DNA of 64,000 bases from the NCBI GenBank assembly GCA_001949185.1, contig BDGG01000014.1, positions 186,001 to 250,000 on the forward strand. The letters are read 5' to 3'. Both the position numbers and the translations under genes were made by a program. Positions 11,996 through 23,137 of the stretch are shown one piece after another. This stretch comes from Ramazzottius varieornatus. Its lineage: Eukaryota > Animalia > Tardigrada. How positions within the stretch are numbered: position 1 is the first letter of the stretch; every line of letters starts with the position of its first letter. The notes beneath the pieces were generated by a model. The model saw nothing but the letters and a program-made list of their open reading frames with translations, did no database searches and was not told the DNA's origin.

Positions 11996-12535
11996 TGTGG
12001 AGAGAGGTTTTGAAACTGCGAAGAATGCTTACAGCAACATGTTTGGACTGGGAGCAAGGAAGACTGATAAGAAGACTACTGTACACAGTTTCAGCGCGCT
12101 TTAAGGTGGATTGTATACCCTTTGGCTTTACCCAAACATCTTCGGAATGTTGCCGCACTTGCGGAAACATAAACACGTGATTGATGGATTCGCTGAATTT
12201 ATGATGGGCTACGCGACGATGTCGGCGTTCCGGCACCAGTAGTTTGATAAAAGAACATAGTCGCTCCTGCGATTGCGAACAGTCGATGTTTGGCACTGTC
12301 TTTTGCCTAAACCGGTTGCCTGTAAGAAGTTGGGTTCTCGAATTGTCGACAACAAAGACTTCCAGCTACCTGCCGAGCTTTCCACCAAGGACTTATTACC
12401 TTCCGGGTAAATCCACAGCGCTAACTTCATAATTATGTTCGACGGGAAAAACACCGGCTGCTAGAGGGAGAATTTCTTTTGTCCGTATGGTGAAACTGGT
12501 CTCCTGCCAGCTGGGACTCGCTGTTACTGCTGAAA

Positions 12536-12740
12536 GTATTCGTGCTGCATTGAGCATCGTTATACAGTAATATGCATGCTACGATTCCAGCCAGCATTCT
12601 GAAGCACTTCAAGTCTCGTGACACATTAAGAAACGTTGTTGAATTAATTTAACGTCAGGGGAGATTATAAGAAAAGATGTGACGGCAATGTAGCCAATGC
12701 AGGAGACCGGTGGAAGCATCCAGAATGTTTTACTATCATA
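12536..12740 (+). repeat. 205-bp direct repeat, copy 2
   Basis: Appears identical to 11363-11567. Confidence 0.95.
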
Positions 12741-12803
12741 TCACACAGTAAAACGGATTCAGAAGCATGCAGAAAGATATATTTCTGAATCTCGTGGAGG
12801 AAA

Positions 12804-13740
12804 CTACTGCCTGATGAAGAGTGGGCCGCCACGCGGTCCTTCGAAGTTCTTTCGACCATCGAAGACCGGTCCGTTGTTTCCTTCCATGCTGATCGGTGCA
12901 CCATTGAGCTGGTGATTTGGGCTGACTTGGGAGTATCCGGCCCAAGCCATGGAAGCTTGCACAACAGGGCCACCAGCGTTGTAAACAAAGTCTTGAGCAG
13001 AGGGTCCATTGGGTCCGACGAAGCCGTAGCTAGGTGGCGCTGGTGGCGGTGGACCATTGTAGTTCTTCGCGGTCTGCTCAGGTCTCGGATAGTTCAGCGG
13101 CACTCCGGCTGATTACACCATACCAGGACGATCACTTGGCTGTTCTGATCCTTCCTTCTGGCTCATTGGGCCGTTATTCCCGGCAAAGGGTGGCTGCTGA
13201 CGATGGTACTGGAGGGGTTGGTGGAACTGCTGAGCGTACTGGGGTTGCTCAAGCGTCATCTGTGGTGTTACCTGGGTCTGCTGAGGTTGCTCTGGAAGCT
13301 TCTGGAGTGGTACTTGCTGGAAGCCGTTCTGGCCATTTGAGGAAGTGCCACTCTGCTGACTCGGTTTTCTTTTATCGGACTTGACGTCGGTGCTATTGGC
13401 CTGTGAGGTTTCTGCGTTCTCGGTGATCTTGGGGATAACGGTGGGAGCTGTTACCGGTGAGCCATTGGAAGTTTGAGACTCGATCTCAGTTCCATTGAAA
13501 TTGTCTTTAGTTGCCTCCTTCAGAGTAGACAAGGTTTTCGCTTCCTCACCAGGTGAAATTTTATACGCTGCTGCCTCTTGCTGGGGAGAGTAAGCCAATG
13601 GACCTTTGACTAGTGGATTTGCTGGGCCGTTCGGTGGTTGAAACGGGGCATTGGGTGCGTTCCCGTAGGACGGAGGCTCGGCTTGGAAGGGAAGACTTGC
13701 TGGCCCAGTGGGAGGTTGGAACGCAGGATTAATCATTGAC
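12804..13740 (-). pseudogene. 5'-truncated Pro/Gln/Gly/Asn-rich low-complexity gene fragment with one internal stop
   Basis: ORFs 13113-13742 and 12804-13103 are in the same frame (313 codons), separated by a single TAA; the 5' end coincides with the insertion junction. Confidence 0.65.
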
Positions 13741-15779
13741 ACTAATCGACCATAAATTCACGGACCAACGGACCGGTGCCCAGTTTAGTTATAAGGACAA
13801 AAAGTCCAAATTTAATTCGTCCTGGTGGTTAGGTAAGCCGAGATCAACCACCGATCCAGATTATGACACGCCTACCGTACTGTATGTCCGGTATGGTTTT
13901 TAAGGAGAACCAATCTGGGTGACTGCACAAAAGTAAGGCAAACGAGTTAACGTTCATTCTTGGATCGGAGCCGAGGTAAGCCATTGTAATGTGGAAGCAG
14001 CAGCATGACTGACTTTAATGAACAACGTAATTTCCAGGTGGAAATCAAAGGAATACGTCCTAACGAATATTATGGCTATGACAACACCGCGTATCCAATT
14101 GAGCAGCGCATCGACACTATACTGGAATGGCTGTCGCGACCAGATGATACCAGGCCGGACTTGTCCATGCTGTACTTGGAAGAACCCGACGCTGCGGGTA
14201 ACACGCCCATTTTGAATTCAAAATAAAAAATATCTAAGCAGTGTTTATTTTTTAGGGCACAAAACTGGTCTCAACAGCCAAGGTTTACGGGAGGCGATAG
14301 CTCGTGTAAACCAGGTACTGGATCGACTGATGCAGGGAATGTTTGACCGGGACATTTTGCACTGTACCAACATCATTATCGTCTCAGATCACAGAATGAG
14401 CGCCCATAAATGTCTCCAGACTGTCAAAATTTCTCCGATCGTACACCAAAGTCAAGCGTTACGGAATCTCAACTTCAACGATGCCAGTTACAGCTTGCTC
14501 GAAACCTGGACAATGGCTCGCATATCCGTGAACAATACCAACGCAACAGTCGACCAAGTCTTTGCTGCGTTGAAATGCCCCAACAGTTCGCGGAAACCTT
14601 CCAAGTACCAGCTGTACAGGCGGGAGACTCAGCCGCGGCGCTTTCATTACTTCAACGAAGAACGCATCGAACCGGTTGTTTTGACGCTTACTCCACCCTA
14701 CACGGTCTTCAAAGAGGAACGGGCGGAAAACTTTTGCGAAGGTGGCGAGCATGGTTATGACAACCTGTACCCGAGCCAGCAAGCCATCTTCTTGGCGCAA
14801 GGCCCCTCACTTAATGACGGGCAGAAAACTGCTGCTTTTTCCAACATTGAGCTGTACGCGCTTTTTGCTTCCTGTTGCAGCTCGTTCAAATTCTGCCGAT
14901 TACCATGGACGTAACTCCAATGATCCCATTGGAGAAAATGCTGTGCCCATGCACAAGGCTTTCCGCGACGGTGTCTGGAAGATATTTTGGCGGATGCTGG
15001 ATAAATGGAAAAGACGTCAGTGGATGCTGCACGTTGTGCTTGGGCCCGTGTTCGATGACGCCAGTCCCTTCGGTCTGATGGACGTCCCCGAAGAAAAAAG
15101 GTCCGGACATCACTGACTTCCAAACGATTCAACCATTCATATATGTCTGCTGGTCTAGAATCTATTTCGTATTCCAACAGTGAGCTCGAGGGCGCAGAAA
15201 AGGCCCGGTTGAGAGTACCGTCACACTTCTTCGCCGTCATCACAAAGACCGACCCTCAGACTTTCGCTGATGAGGAAATGCCTTGGCGTTTATTCTACCT
15301 CATGACGTGAAACAACGCTCTGCATGCCAGGTAAGCGTACACATACGATAGCAAATTATGGGACAGGCGGAAAAGACCGCATAATGGAAATTCGATCGCG
15401 AGAAGAGTTAAAAAGTGTATTAGTTTGGATCAGGCGAGTACGTACGTAATTCCGTACCGCCGTAGCGGAAAGGCCTGTCCCATAATTTGCCATCGTACGT
15501 GTACAGGTAACTCTTACTATATCAATGGGGTGGATGGTCTGCCGCAAGGACTTGATAATTATATAGTTTACAGTTGCTGCTTCACCGGGTTTTCCGAGAT
15601 TGCAGGACAATATGGCTTACATTTTGACCCATTCGACGACTGTCGTGGACGTGGAGCTAGTCACCCAACCTACCGCTCCGCGACAGTGTCGAACTGCACA
15701 CGAGCTTACCGGAGAAGTTTTGGCACGAAGATATGGGTTTAGAAAGATTGGAAACTACAGACTGAGCTACTTTCAAGTA

Positions 15780-17066
15780 CAGTGCGTTCACGCAAAATGG
15801 TGCCAACTCTAAACTCGACTGTAAAACAAATCCCTGTACTCGCTTCCCTTCCATCTCAGGTGATTTCACACTCCATTTTCAATCCCGCGTTTCATGAAGA
15901 AGCACTTTCTGAGTTAACTTTGGAGATGGCTGCAGAAACTAGTTCTGAAACGAAGGCTATGGTAGTGGCTTGGGGTGCGGAACGTTTATCCCATCAGAAA
16001 ATTTCAGATCGACATTTGGAGCACGGGATTTTGCTGCATAGGAAGACGGTCAGCAAGAGACTCAAAGAAGAAGAAATGAAGCGAAACGGATGGACGAAGC
16101 CTCCAAAGCGACTGCCAGCGCAATGTCTTCCGTCGGTGCGTACCAAAGCCAACATCCGGAAAGTGAAGAAGACCGTCCTTAAGAAGATCCCAAACTCTCA
16201 GCGGAAACTGGCCCGTAAACTAGAACGTTCGGTGGGTAGTGCAAACAAGATTATCCATGAGAATCTAGGTCTGAAGCTGCGCAAGAAGACAAAGGTTCAC
16301 CACCTGACCGACGTGCAGAAAAAGCAAAGGTATGAGCGCGGAAAGCTCTTCATCCAGTACCCAAGGCCTCAAAAGATTAAGAAAATCCTTACCATGGACG
16401 AAACGTGGATCACTCTAGACGATTGCAATAGCGAAAAGGAGTATTACTACACCGACCATTTTGGGAATCCCCGAAGAGTGGCGCAAAACACCCACGAAAT
16501 ACTGGCCGAAGAAGATCATGGTCGCCATTGGAATCTCCTGGCAAGGGATGACGAAAGCGTACGTAGTTGACGGTAAGGCTAAAGCAACAGCCAAGTATTT
16601 CGTCGACAAGATTCTGTCGAGAATGGTAAAAGAAGATCTACCTCATTTGTACGGCAGAGCTGCGAAAGAAGTCACCGTCCATTTTGACAGCGCCAAGTCA
16701 CATGCCGCCAAGTACACCCAGAACTGGATGAAAGTGAACCATCCTAGGTTTGTCCCTTACTACCATTGGATGGCCAAATCACCGGACGTAGCACCGCTGG
16801 ACTACGCGATCAATGGAATTTTGAAGAAATATTTAGCTGATCGCAAGGCTACCACCATTCCTGGATTGAGCAAGGTTATCCAAGATGTGCGCACCAACTT
16901 CGACCTCCGGATCATCCGCAAGTCACTTTCTTCCTGGCAAGGCCGTGTTCAAAAGATGCTCGACAGAAAGGGAGATCATGTAGAAATAGATTGAGAATTT
17001 AGGTTTCGTTCTGTGATGTAAGAGAATTTTTCGAAAAAGCTGGCACAATTTTCCGTGAACGCACTG
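15780..17066 (+). mobile_element. Tc1/mariner superfamily DD37D (maT-type) transposon, full length (1287 bp), frameshifted
   Basis: TA|CAGTGCGTTCACGCAAAATGGTGCCAACT ... AGCTGGCACAATTTTCCGTGAACGCACTG|TA terminal inverted repeats with TA target-site duplication. Confidence 0.93.
15926..16994 (+). pseudogene. DD37D transposase with one frameshift near 16455
   Basis: HTH region; TMDETW; HFDSAKSH; SPDVAPLDY with 37 residues between the 2nd and 3rd Asp; split over two ORFs. Confidence 0.88.
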
Positions 17067-17276
17067 TACTAGGGCATTTTGGGATTCATGTCACGGACCG
17101 ATGTCAGCTTATCTTTCCATCTATCTACGATAGTAAGTAACCCCGAGCCTCCACTTGATATAAATGTTCCTACGGATGGCGCACTCAAGAAGTAGGAAGG
17201 GTTTTGACGCAGTCGCCCGAATAAATAATCTTATATCAACCGATAAACGATAAAAGGCTACTGTAGTCCGTGAGAC

Positions 17277-18671
17277 TCAACAAGTTCCAATGAATGACAA
17301 CAGACTACGGTAGTCCGCGAGTGATGATCCACCTTCCGCCCACACCGCGGCGATACACTTTCCCACGCTGACCGCGCCCTCCTTCTTGCTCAGAGCGGCT
17401 TGAACCTTACTTGAAAACTCTTCGGCAGAGACCAAACGTGTACTCATCAGTCCGGCGTCTCTGACCACCACACCAGCTCCAATCTCCTCCACGAAGTCAC
17501 CGTTCATCATCTGGTCGGCGAACTGCGGCCAGGCCACGATCGGTTTACCTTGATGCAGACCCTCAATGGTGCTGTTCCAGCCACAGTGACTGACAAACAG
17601 AGCGACGTTTGGCTGAGCCAGAATCATTTTCTGCGGAGCCCAAGAGAGGATCAAAATGTTCTTGTCCGCGTTTCCTTCCCCGCCAAAGTCGATCTGTGCC
17701 GCGGCCTTGACTTCTTCGGGCAAATGGCCATGCTTGTTCTTCTTCAACGACCAAATAACCGGTTGGTTCAGCTGCAGTATCGTCCGTCCAATCTCCTTTA
17801 GTTGTTCTGGCTTCGGCGTTGCCACACTGCCGAAGCAGATGTAAACCACAGAAGCCGCCTGTTTGGTCTCCAACCACGAACGGACTTTCTCCTCTGTTTC
17901 AAGGTTCGTCGTCTTTGTCTTGCCGTCGGCCAACAACGGTCCAACGCAGTACATCGGTTTTCCCTTCATCTGAACCATCGCTTCGCACTGGTCAGTATAT
18001 TTCTGTTCGAATTCACGAATGGAGTTGACAATGAAGCCAGTGGCAAACGGGACGGCTTTCCCTTGTGGACCCAAAATGAACTTGGTAACATGGGAGGGGA
18101 ACTGGCAACTGAGTGTTCCGTCTTCATTCGGCATCTCCACGAAACCTTGCGACGTCCTCCTAGGTACAGAGCTTTTAAGCAGGCTATCCTCGAAAGTGAG
18201 AGACAGCACCACCACGTCAACTCGACCAGGCACGAACATGAGCAACGGAATATGTCGGTCCACCGCGGCTTTCGCTCCTTCATGGCCAATAAAAGTGTCA
18301 GCAATAATCAAATCGACGTCAGTCAACAGACCTTTTATTCCAACACCTTTCGAAGTCTTCGTGGGAACCTCTTGAACAAGTTTGGTTATTCCGTTGAATG
18401 TGGCCGGGAACGCTCGATCAAAGACATCGGGGTCGTTGGGATCGTCCAAGTCGTCTTTCACACCATCTTCAAGGGGATACAGTTGGATGACATCCTTATC
18501 GTTGGCGGGGTCATACAACCCAAGACTCTCAAGCGCACAAGCACACTTCGAGGAAACGGCGAAAGTCACTTGGTGATGTTGGGCTAGTTTACGAGCAAGT
18601 TCGAGCAAGGGAATGATGTGGCCGTAGGCCGGAATGGTCATACAAAGAATATGTTTACGACTGGCCGCCAT
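17277..18671 (-). CDS. Intronless soluble UDP-glycosyltransferase (GT1), 464 aa
   Basis: N-terminal PAYGHIIP (catalytic His); SVVYICFGS; PSPG-like box WAPQ...FVSHCGWNSTIEG...PIVAWPQFADQ; no signal peptide or C-terminal TM. Confidence 0.95.
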   Translation of the reverse strand: MAASRKHILCMTIPAYGHIIPLLELARKLAQHHQVTFAVSSKCACALESLGLYDPANDKDVIQLYPLEDGVKDDLDDPNDPDVFDRAFPATFNGITKLVQEVPTKTSKGVGIKGLLTDVDLIIADTFIGHEGAKAAVDRHIPLLMFVPGRVDVVVLSLTFEDSLLKSSVPRRTSQGFVEMPNEDGTLSCQFPSHVTKFILGPQGKAVPFATGFIVNSIREFEQKYTDQCEAMVQMKGKPMYCVGPLLADGKTKTTNLETEEKVRSWLETKQAASVVYICFGSVATPKPEQLKEIGRTILQLNQPVIWSLKKNKHGHLPEEVKAAAQIDFGGEGNADKNILILSWAPQKMILAQPNVALFVSHCGWNSTIEGLHQGKPIVAWPQFADQMMNGDFVEEIGAGVVVRDAGLMSTRLVSAEEFSSKVQAALSKKEGAVSVGKCIAAVWAEGGSSLADYRSLLSFIGTC

Positions 18672-19202
18672 ATTAGCTCGCCTTCAAACGCTTTAGAATG
18701 GAAAAGAGCGTCTGCTTCACGGATGGAGAACTTGGAAGAGCCCCAACTATCCACACAATCAATCAGCTCGATTGAAAGAACAAGGAACACACATAAAGTT
18801 ATTGCAAGGCAGTTCGAGACTTGCTCTATTTTCCCCTGTATAACTGTGCTATTTTCTCCTGCGCAACGGGCGGTCGAGATGGTGTGGAAGATACACAGAA
18901 GTGTGGACAGGGTACATAGGACGAACACACATACACGGAAATTCCAAGCTGTACAGTATATGCGCTGCCTGGTACCTCGGATTCTTGACGTTCAAAGTTA
19001 ATCGAAGTGCCAGCTGATATTTCACCCAAACGATATCCCAGTTCGGTACCAGTGCAGCTAAGCAGGAAGATGATTCTACGATCGCGTCCATTGATTTTGT
19101 TGGCGATTTGGCATCAGGAGAGCAATCTAAAGCGTCTGGCAACTTACTGCTCTCATAACCATCTTTCGGCTGTCCGGATTTTGGAGTTGAAAATGAAAAT
19201 GC

Positions 19203-19978
19203 CAGTGTTGTATCCAGTTTCAGTCCCACATTTAGTCTCCAGTCTCGTCGGACTGCCGAAAATTCAGCCCCGAAGTATATCAGCTCACTCCGACTGGACT
19301 GAATGGGGCGTCTTTCTACATGAGTCTAAGTTAGACTGGTAAGATTAAAACTCTTGAGATATCGGTTTTAGTCCCCAGACTGAAACGGTTCGCGACAAAT
19401 ATCGGTCTTAATCTGAAGGACTGAAACTGAAATGTATAGGATATCAGTTTCAGTCTCTGGAACTACCAAGGGAAGTGCGGGAAGACCCTCCTCGAATTCT
19501 CTGCCTTTCGTTTTCTCGTTAATAGAGGACGTATTCAAGTACCACTGTGAAGCATCGTTGTCAGCGGAGTGCCATATTTCCAGCTCAAAAGAATATAAAA
19601 CTCGTTTTCCACGCATGCCACAATAGTGTGCCCCCGATCATAACGCCTCTTAAAGGTACCCGGGATCTTCCTTCATCTTTGGGAAAACGGAAGTTCAAGG
19701 ATTCGGAAAGAGCGTTCCCGCATTTCCATTGTTAGTCTCAGAGAGTGAAACTGATACTGTATCTTACAGTCCCCAGATTGCGACTGATATCCACCGCAAC
19801 TCAGTCTCAGTCCATTCTCGCTGTAGTTTTAGTCTCTGCCTGGGCGAATCAGTTTCTGTATTTTCAGTTTCAGTCCGAATGACTGGACTGTTGATCCAGT
19901 CTAGTCCCGAGACTAAAACTGAAACGGATTCAAAAACTAAAATTTTCTAGTCGCTGACTGAAACTAAATGCAACACTG
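19203..19978. mobile_element. hAT-type MITE (776 bp)
   Basis: CAGTGTTG...CAACACTG termini; 8-bp TSD GAAAATGC/GAAGATGC (7/8); subterminal TTTCAGTC/GACTGAAA repeats. Confidence 0.8.
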
Positions 19979-20344
19979 GAAGATGCCGCGCGACAGACAT
20001 GTCAGCTTTCAATCAGCCTTAGTTTACTTCGAAATCGGGCGCAATTTGATACCAACAAGCTTTGAGGCCTACGCGATTACGAACATGTCAGCATTGATCT
20101 TTCTCGGTGATCAAAAGTATCAATGCAGAGGCGACTCCCTGTTAGCCAATTACTGTAATGCTCCATGAACTTGTCGAAAGTGAGTCATCATACGCGCGAG
20201 ACATCCCTTAGGGATTTGGTAGGGCAAAATTTTCGGACCGGGCTTCAACTGCACGCGTACGATCACGTGCTTCGAAAAGTTCATGAAGCATTACAGTATT
20301 AGACAAAAGTTTGCTGGTACAGCCCACTCGTTTGAGACCTCCTA

Positions 20345-20459
20345 CCGTATGCCCTCCCGAAATTCACGTACGTCCCTGACTCTCAAATCATTGGGGTCTT
20401 ACCGTCTAGTTTTACACTCTGAATGGAGTGACGTACGTGAATTTCGGGAGAGTATACAG
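20345..20459. mobile_element. Small TA-flanked MITE (~115 bp)
   Basis: CTCCCGAAATTCACGTACGTC / GACGTACGTGAATTTCGGGAG inverted repeats; TA on both sides. Confidence 0.72.
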
Positions 20460-21527
20460 TACCTAGTTTTTTTTCGAATTCAAAACTGCAAAATTCGCGT
20501 GAACATAAGAGGGCCTGCCATGGCCAGTTTTGATTACTTGCTCAATGACGCACAGACGCAGTTGAACAGAACCAACCTGTTGCATTCACTTTGCGTTTGT
20601 TTGTTCAAAGTCCGAACCTTTCTTGTGCTCGTTTTATCTTACCAGTCAACTAACGGAGAGCTGGGGGGAAAGTGTCAGGACGGACTGAGGCTTCGTTTCA
20701 CACATGAGATTCGATAGAGCACGTCATACGGATAAGAACTAAAAAACGAGACCCGCTTCCGGTGAGGCTCTCCAACCGACATGTAAAACAGGAATAACTT
20801 TGGTCATCTTGTTGTGTAGAAAAAGTCTCTCGTGGTTTTGCATTCTGTCAAATGGATTATGGAAGGCTGGTCAGAAGTTGACGAGTAGACCATTCGAAGT
20901 TGCTTTCGGAAATATGGCGCGTTTCACATGGTATACAATAAGTAGTTAATTATTCTCGATTTGGTTGTCGGTTGAGTGTTGACGTCACTTTCTCTGCTTT
21001 TGGCGAGCTGTGCAGTAAAAGCCTGGCTGGTGGTGAACAGAAATCGGAAAATGTGGTAACAGATCTCAAGCGAGCGGACTGTAGTGCTAGTGTTGAAACA
21101 TTTAAAGTTCCCATGGATGGTCGCTCATGTGCGACAGATAAAAAAGCTGTACATATAAAACACTGCAAGTTGCCGGTCACGGAAGATCTGTCGCGTGTTG
21201 GTTTGCTGACTGGGGACAAACTGCTGACTAATTGCTTGCGGTGCATAATTTGCTGATGGTCTCCTCGTCCTTTGTACCCCACTCCATGCAGCTGTACCTA
21301 TCTGTCTCACCATCTTGAAAAGCAGGTTGATACAAAGAAATCAGCCTACTGTGTATCCACTTGAAAGGACTTCACACTGTGGTGATCGCGCAATGCTAAA
21401 GCTGTTCATATACACCGTAGAAACTAAAAAGGCAGTTTCCATTTCGTCAGTTCTTTGAAGCGGACTACAACGTATTGCAATCTGGCTGCTGCTTTTCGGT
21501 CCTTCTTCCAGACAACCATAGGGTGAA

Positions 21528-22937
21528 ATGGCGTCCAGCAGGAAACATGTCTTGTGCGTTTCAGTCCCCGCCTACGGCCACCTCATTCCCCTGCTGGAGC
21601 TTGCTCGAAAATTAGCCCAACACCACCAAATTACCTTCGCTGTTTCGAAAAAAGCTGCCGGCGAGCTGGAAGGACGAGAACTGTACAACCCTACAGTAGA
21701 TGGCGACACCATTCAGCTGCACGCAATTGAAGATGGCATGATGGACGACCTGGATGATCCCAATGATGTGGGAATTTTTGATCGAACCTTGCCGCTGATC
21801 TTCGACGGAATAACCAAGCTTGTCGAGAATGTGCCTACGAAGAACGCCAAAGATTCCAAGGTGAACGGAATATCTACTCCGGTGGACATGATCATCGCCG
21901 ATTTCTTCCTCGGTCATGAGGCGACTAAGATGGCTGCTGAACGGCATATCCCACTATTGATTTTTATTGCTGGTAGGGCAAACATAGTACCAATGGCTTT
22001 ATCCTTCACCGAAGAGGTCCGTCAAAAGCTAGAAGCAATGAAAGGTAGCTCGAACCCTGGCCATGGTGGGTTTCTGGTAGCCCCAAAAGAGAACGGATCT
22101 CTCCTGGAGGCGCCGCCCGAGCACGTTGTCAAACACATTCTCATTCCGCAACACAAAGCTTTTCCCTTGGCCACTGGCTTTATTGTGAATTCTCTTCGGA
22201 AGTACGAGCAAAAGTATATTGATCAATGCGAAGCGATGGTTCAGATGAAGGGAAAACCGATGTACTGCGTTGGACCGTTGTTGGCCGACGGCAAGACAAA
22301 GACGACGAACCTTGAAACAGAGGAGAAAGTCCGTTCGTGGTTGGAGACCAAACAGGCGGCTTCTGTGGTTTACATCTGCTTCGGCAGTGTGGCAACGCCG
22401 AAGCCAGAACAACTAAAGGAGATTGGACGGACGATACTGCAGCTGAACCAACCGGTTATTTGGTCGTTGAAGAAGAACAAGCATGGCCATTTGCCCGAAG
22501 AAGTCAAGGCCGCGGCACAGATCGACTTTGGCGGGGAAGGAAACGCGGACAAGAACATTTTGATCCTCTCTTGGGCTCCGCAGAAAATGATTCTGGCTCA
22601 GCCAAACGTCGCTCTGTTTGTCAGTCACTGTGGCTGGAACAGCACCATTGAGGGTCTGCATCAAGGTAAACCGATCGTGGCCTGGCCGCAGTTCGCCGAC
22701 CAGATGATGAACGGTGACTTCGTGGAGGAGATTGGAGCTGGTGTGGTGGTCAGAGACGCCGGACTGATGAGTACACGTTTGGTCTCTGCCGAAGAGTTTT
22801 CAAGTAAGGTTCAAGCCGCTCTGAGCAAGAAGGAGGGCGCGGTCAGCGTGGGAAAGTGTATCGCCGCGGTGTGGGCGGAAGGTGGATCATCACTCACGGA
22901 CTACCGTAGTCTGTTGTCATTCATTGGAACTTGTTGA
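21528..22937 (+). CDS. Intronless soluble UDP-glycosyltransferase (GT1), 469 aa; inverted paralogue of 17277-18671
   Basis: Same motifs; C-terminal ~236 aa identical to the partner except one A/T difference. Confidence 0.95.
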   Translation: MASSRKHVLCVSVPAYGHLIPLLELARKLAQHHQITFAVSKKAAGELEGRELYNPTVDGDTIQLHAIEDGMMDDLDDPNDVGIFDRTLPLIFDGITKLVENVPTKNAKDSKVNGISTPVDMIIADFFLGHEATKMAAERHIPLLIFIAGRANIVPMALSFTEEVRQKLEAMKGSSNPGHGGFLVAPKENGSLLEAPPEHVVKHILIPQHKAFPLATGFIVNSLRKYEQKYIDQCEAMVQMKGKPMYCVGPLLADGKTKTTNLETEEKVRSWLETKQAASVVYICFGSVATPKPEQLKEIGRTILQLNQPVIWSLKKNKHGHLPEEVKAAAQIDFGGEGNADKNILILSWAPQKMILAQPNVALFVSHCGWNSTIEGLHQGKPIVAWPQFADQMMNGDFVEEIGAGVVVRDAGLMSTRLVSAEEFSSKVQAALSKKEGAVSVGKCIAAVWAEGGSSLTDYRSLLSFIGTC

Positions 22938-23137
22938 GTTTTTCCCACCTTTTCCGCGTACGCAAAAAATGTCCTTCGTTCTCGCTCCAGATCGTGCGCA
23001 GCATTTCCGATAGTATTGTACAAGTTAGAAGTATAAGAACTCATGTAGCGGAAACTGGATATTGACAAATTACCCGTTTGAAGGGGACATAAGTGTGGTT
23101 GCAGGTAGATGATAACAGCTAATATCGTCTACCGAGT

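Larger units (their letters stand above)
10895..15330 (+). pseudogene. ENPP1/3-type ectonucleotide pyrophosphatase/phosphodiesterase pseudogene, split by an insertion at 11364-13740
   Basis: VISLGG|LRADYL...MRPAYP...TGLFAESHG // LIDHKF...WWLG|EPIWVTAQK*GKR; LYLEEPDAAGH; IIVSDHRM; GEHGYDN...AIFLAQGP...FSNIELY; nuclease-like domain fragments GPVFDD and VPSHFFAVIT. Has an in-frame stop (~13934), no catalytic-Thr motif (PTKTFPNH), and frameshift/deletion. Confidence 0.85.

Noticed and set aside
12804-13742. CAHS/SAHS/Dsup/LEA-type tolerance protein
   Set aside because: Pro-rich and lacks the amphipathic helical, FABP-like or Lys/Ala-rich features of those families
17550-22664. Duplicate antisense/alternate-frame ORFs over the UGTs
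   Set aside because: Shadows of the duplicated coding sequence
17277-22937. Bacterial or plant contamination
   Set aside because: Contiguous with intron-containing animal genes and animal-type transposons
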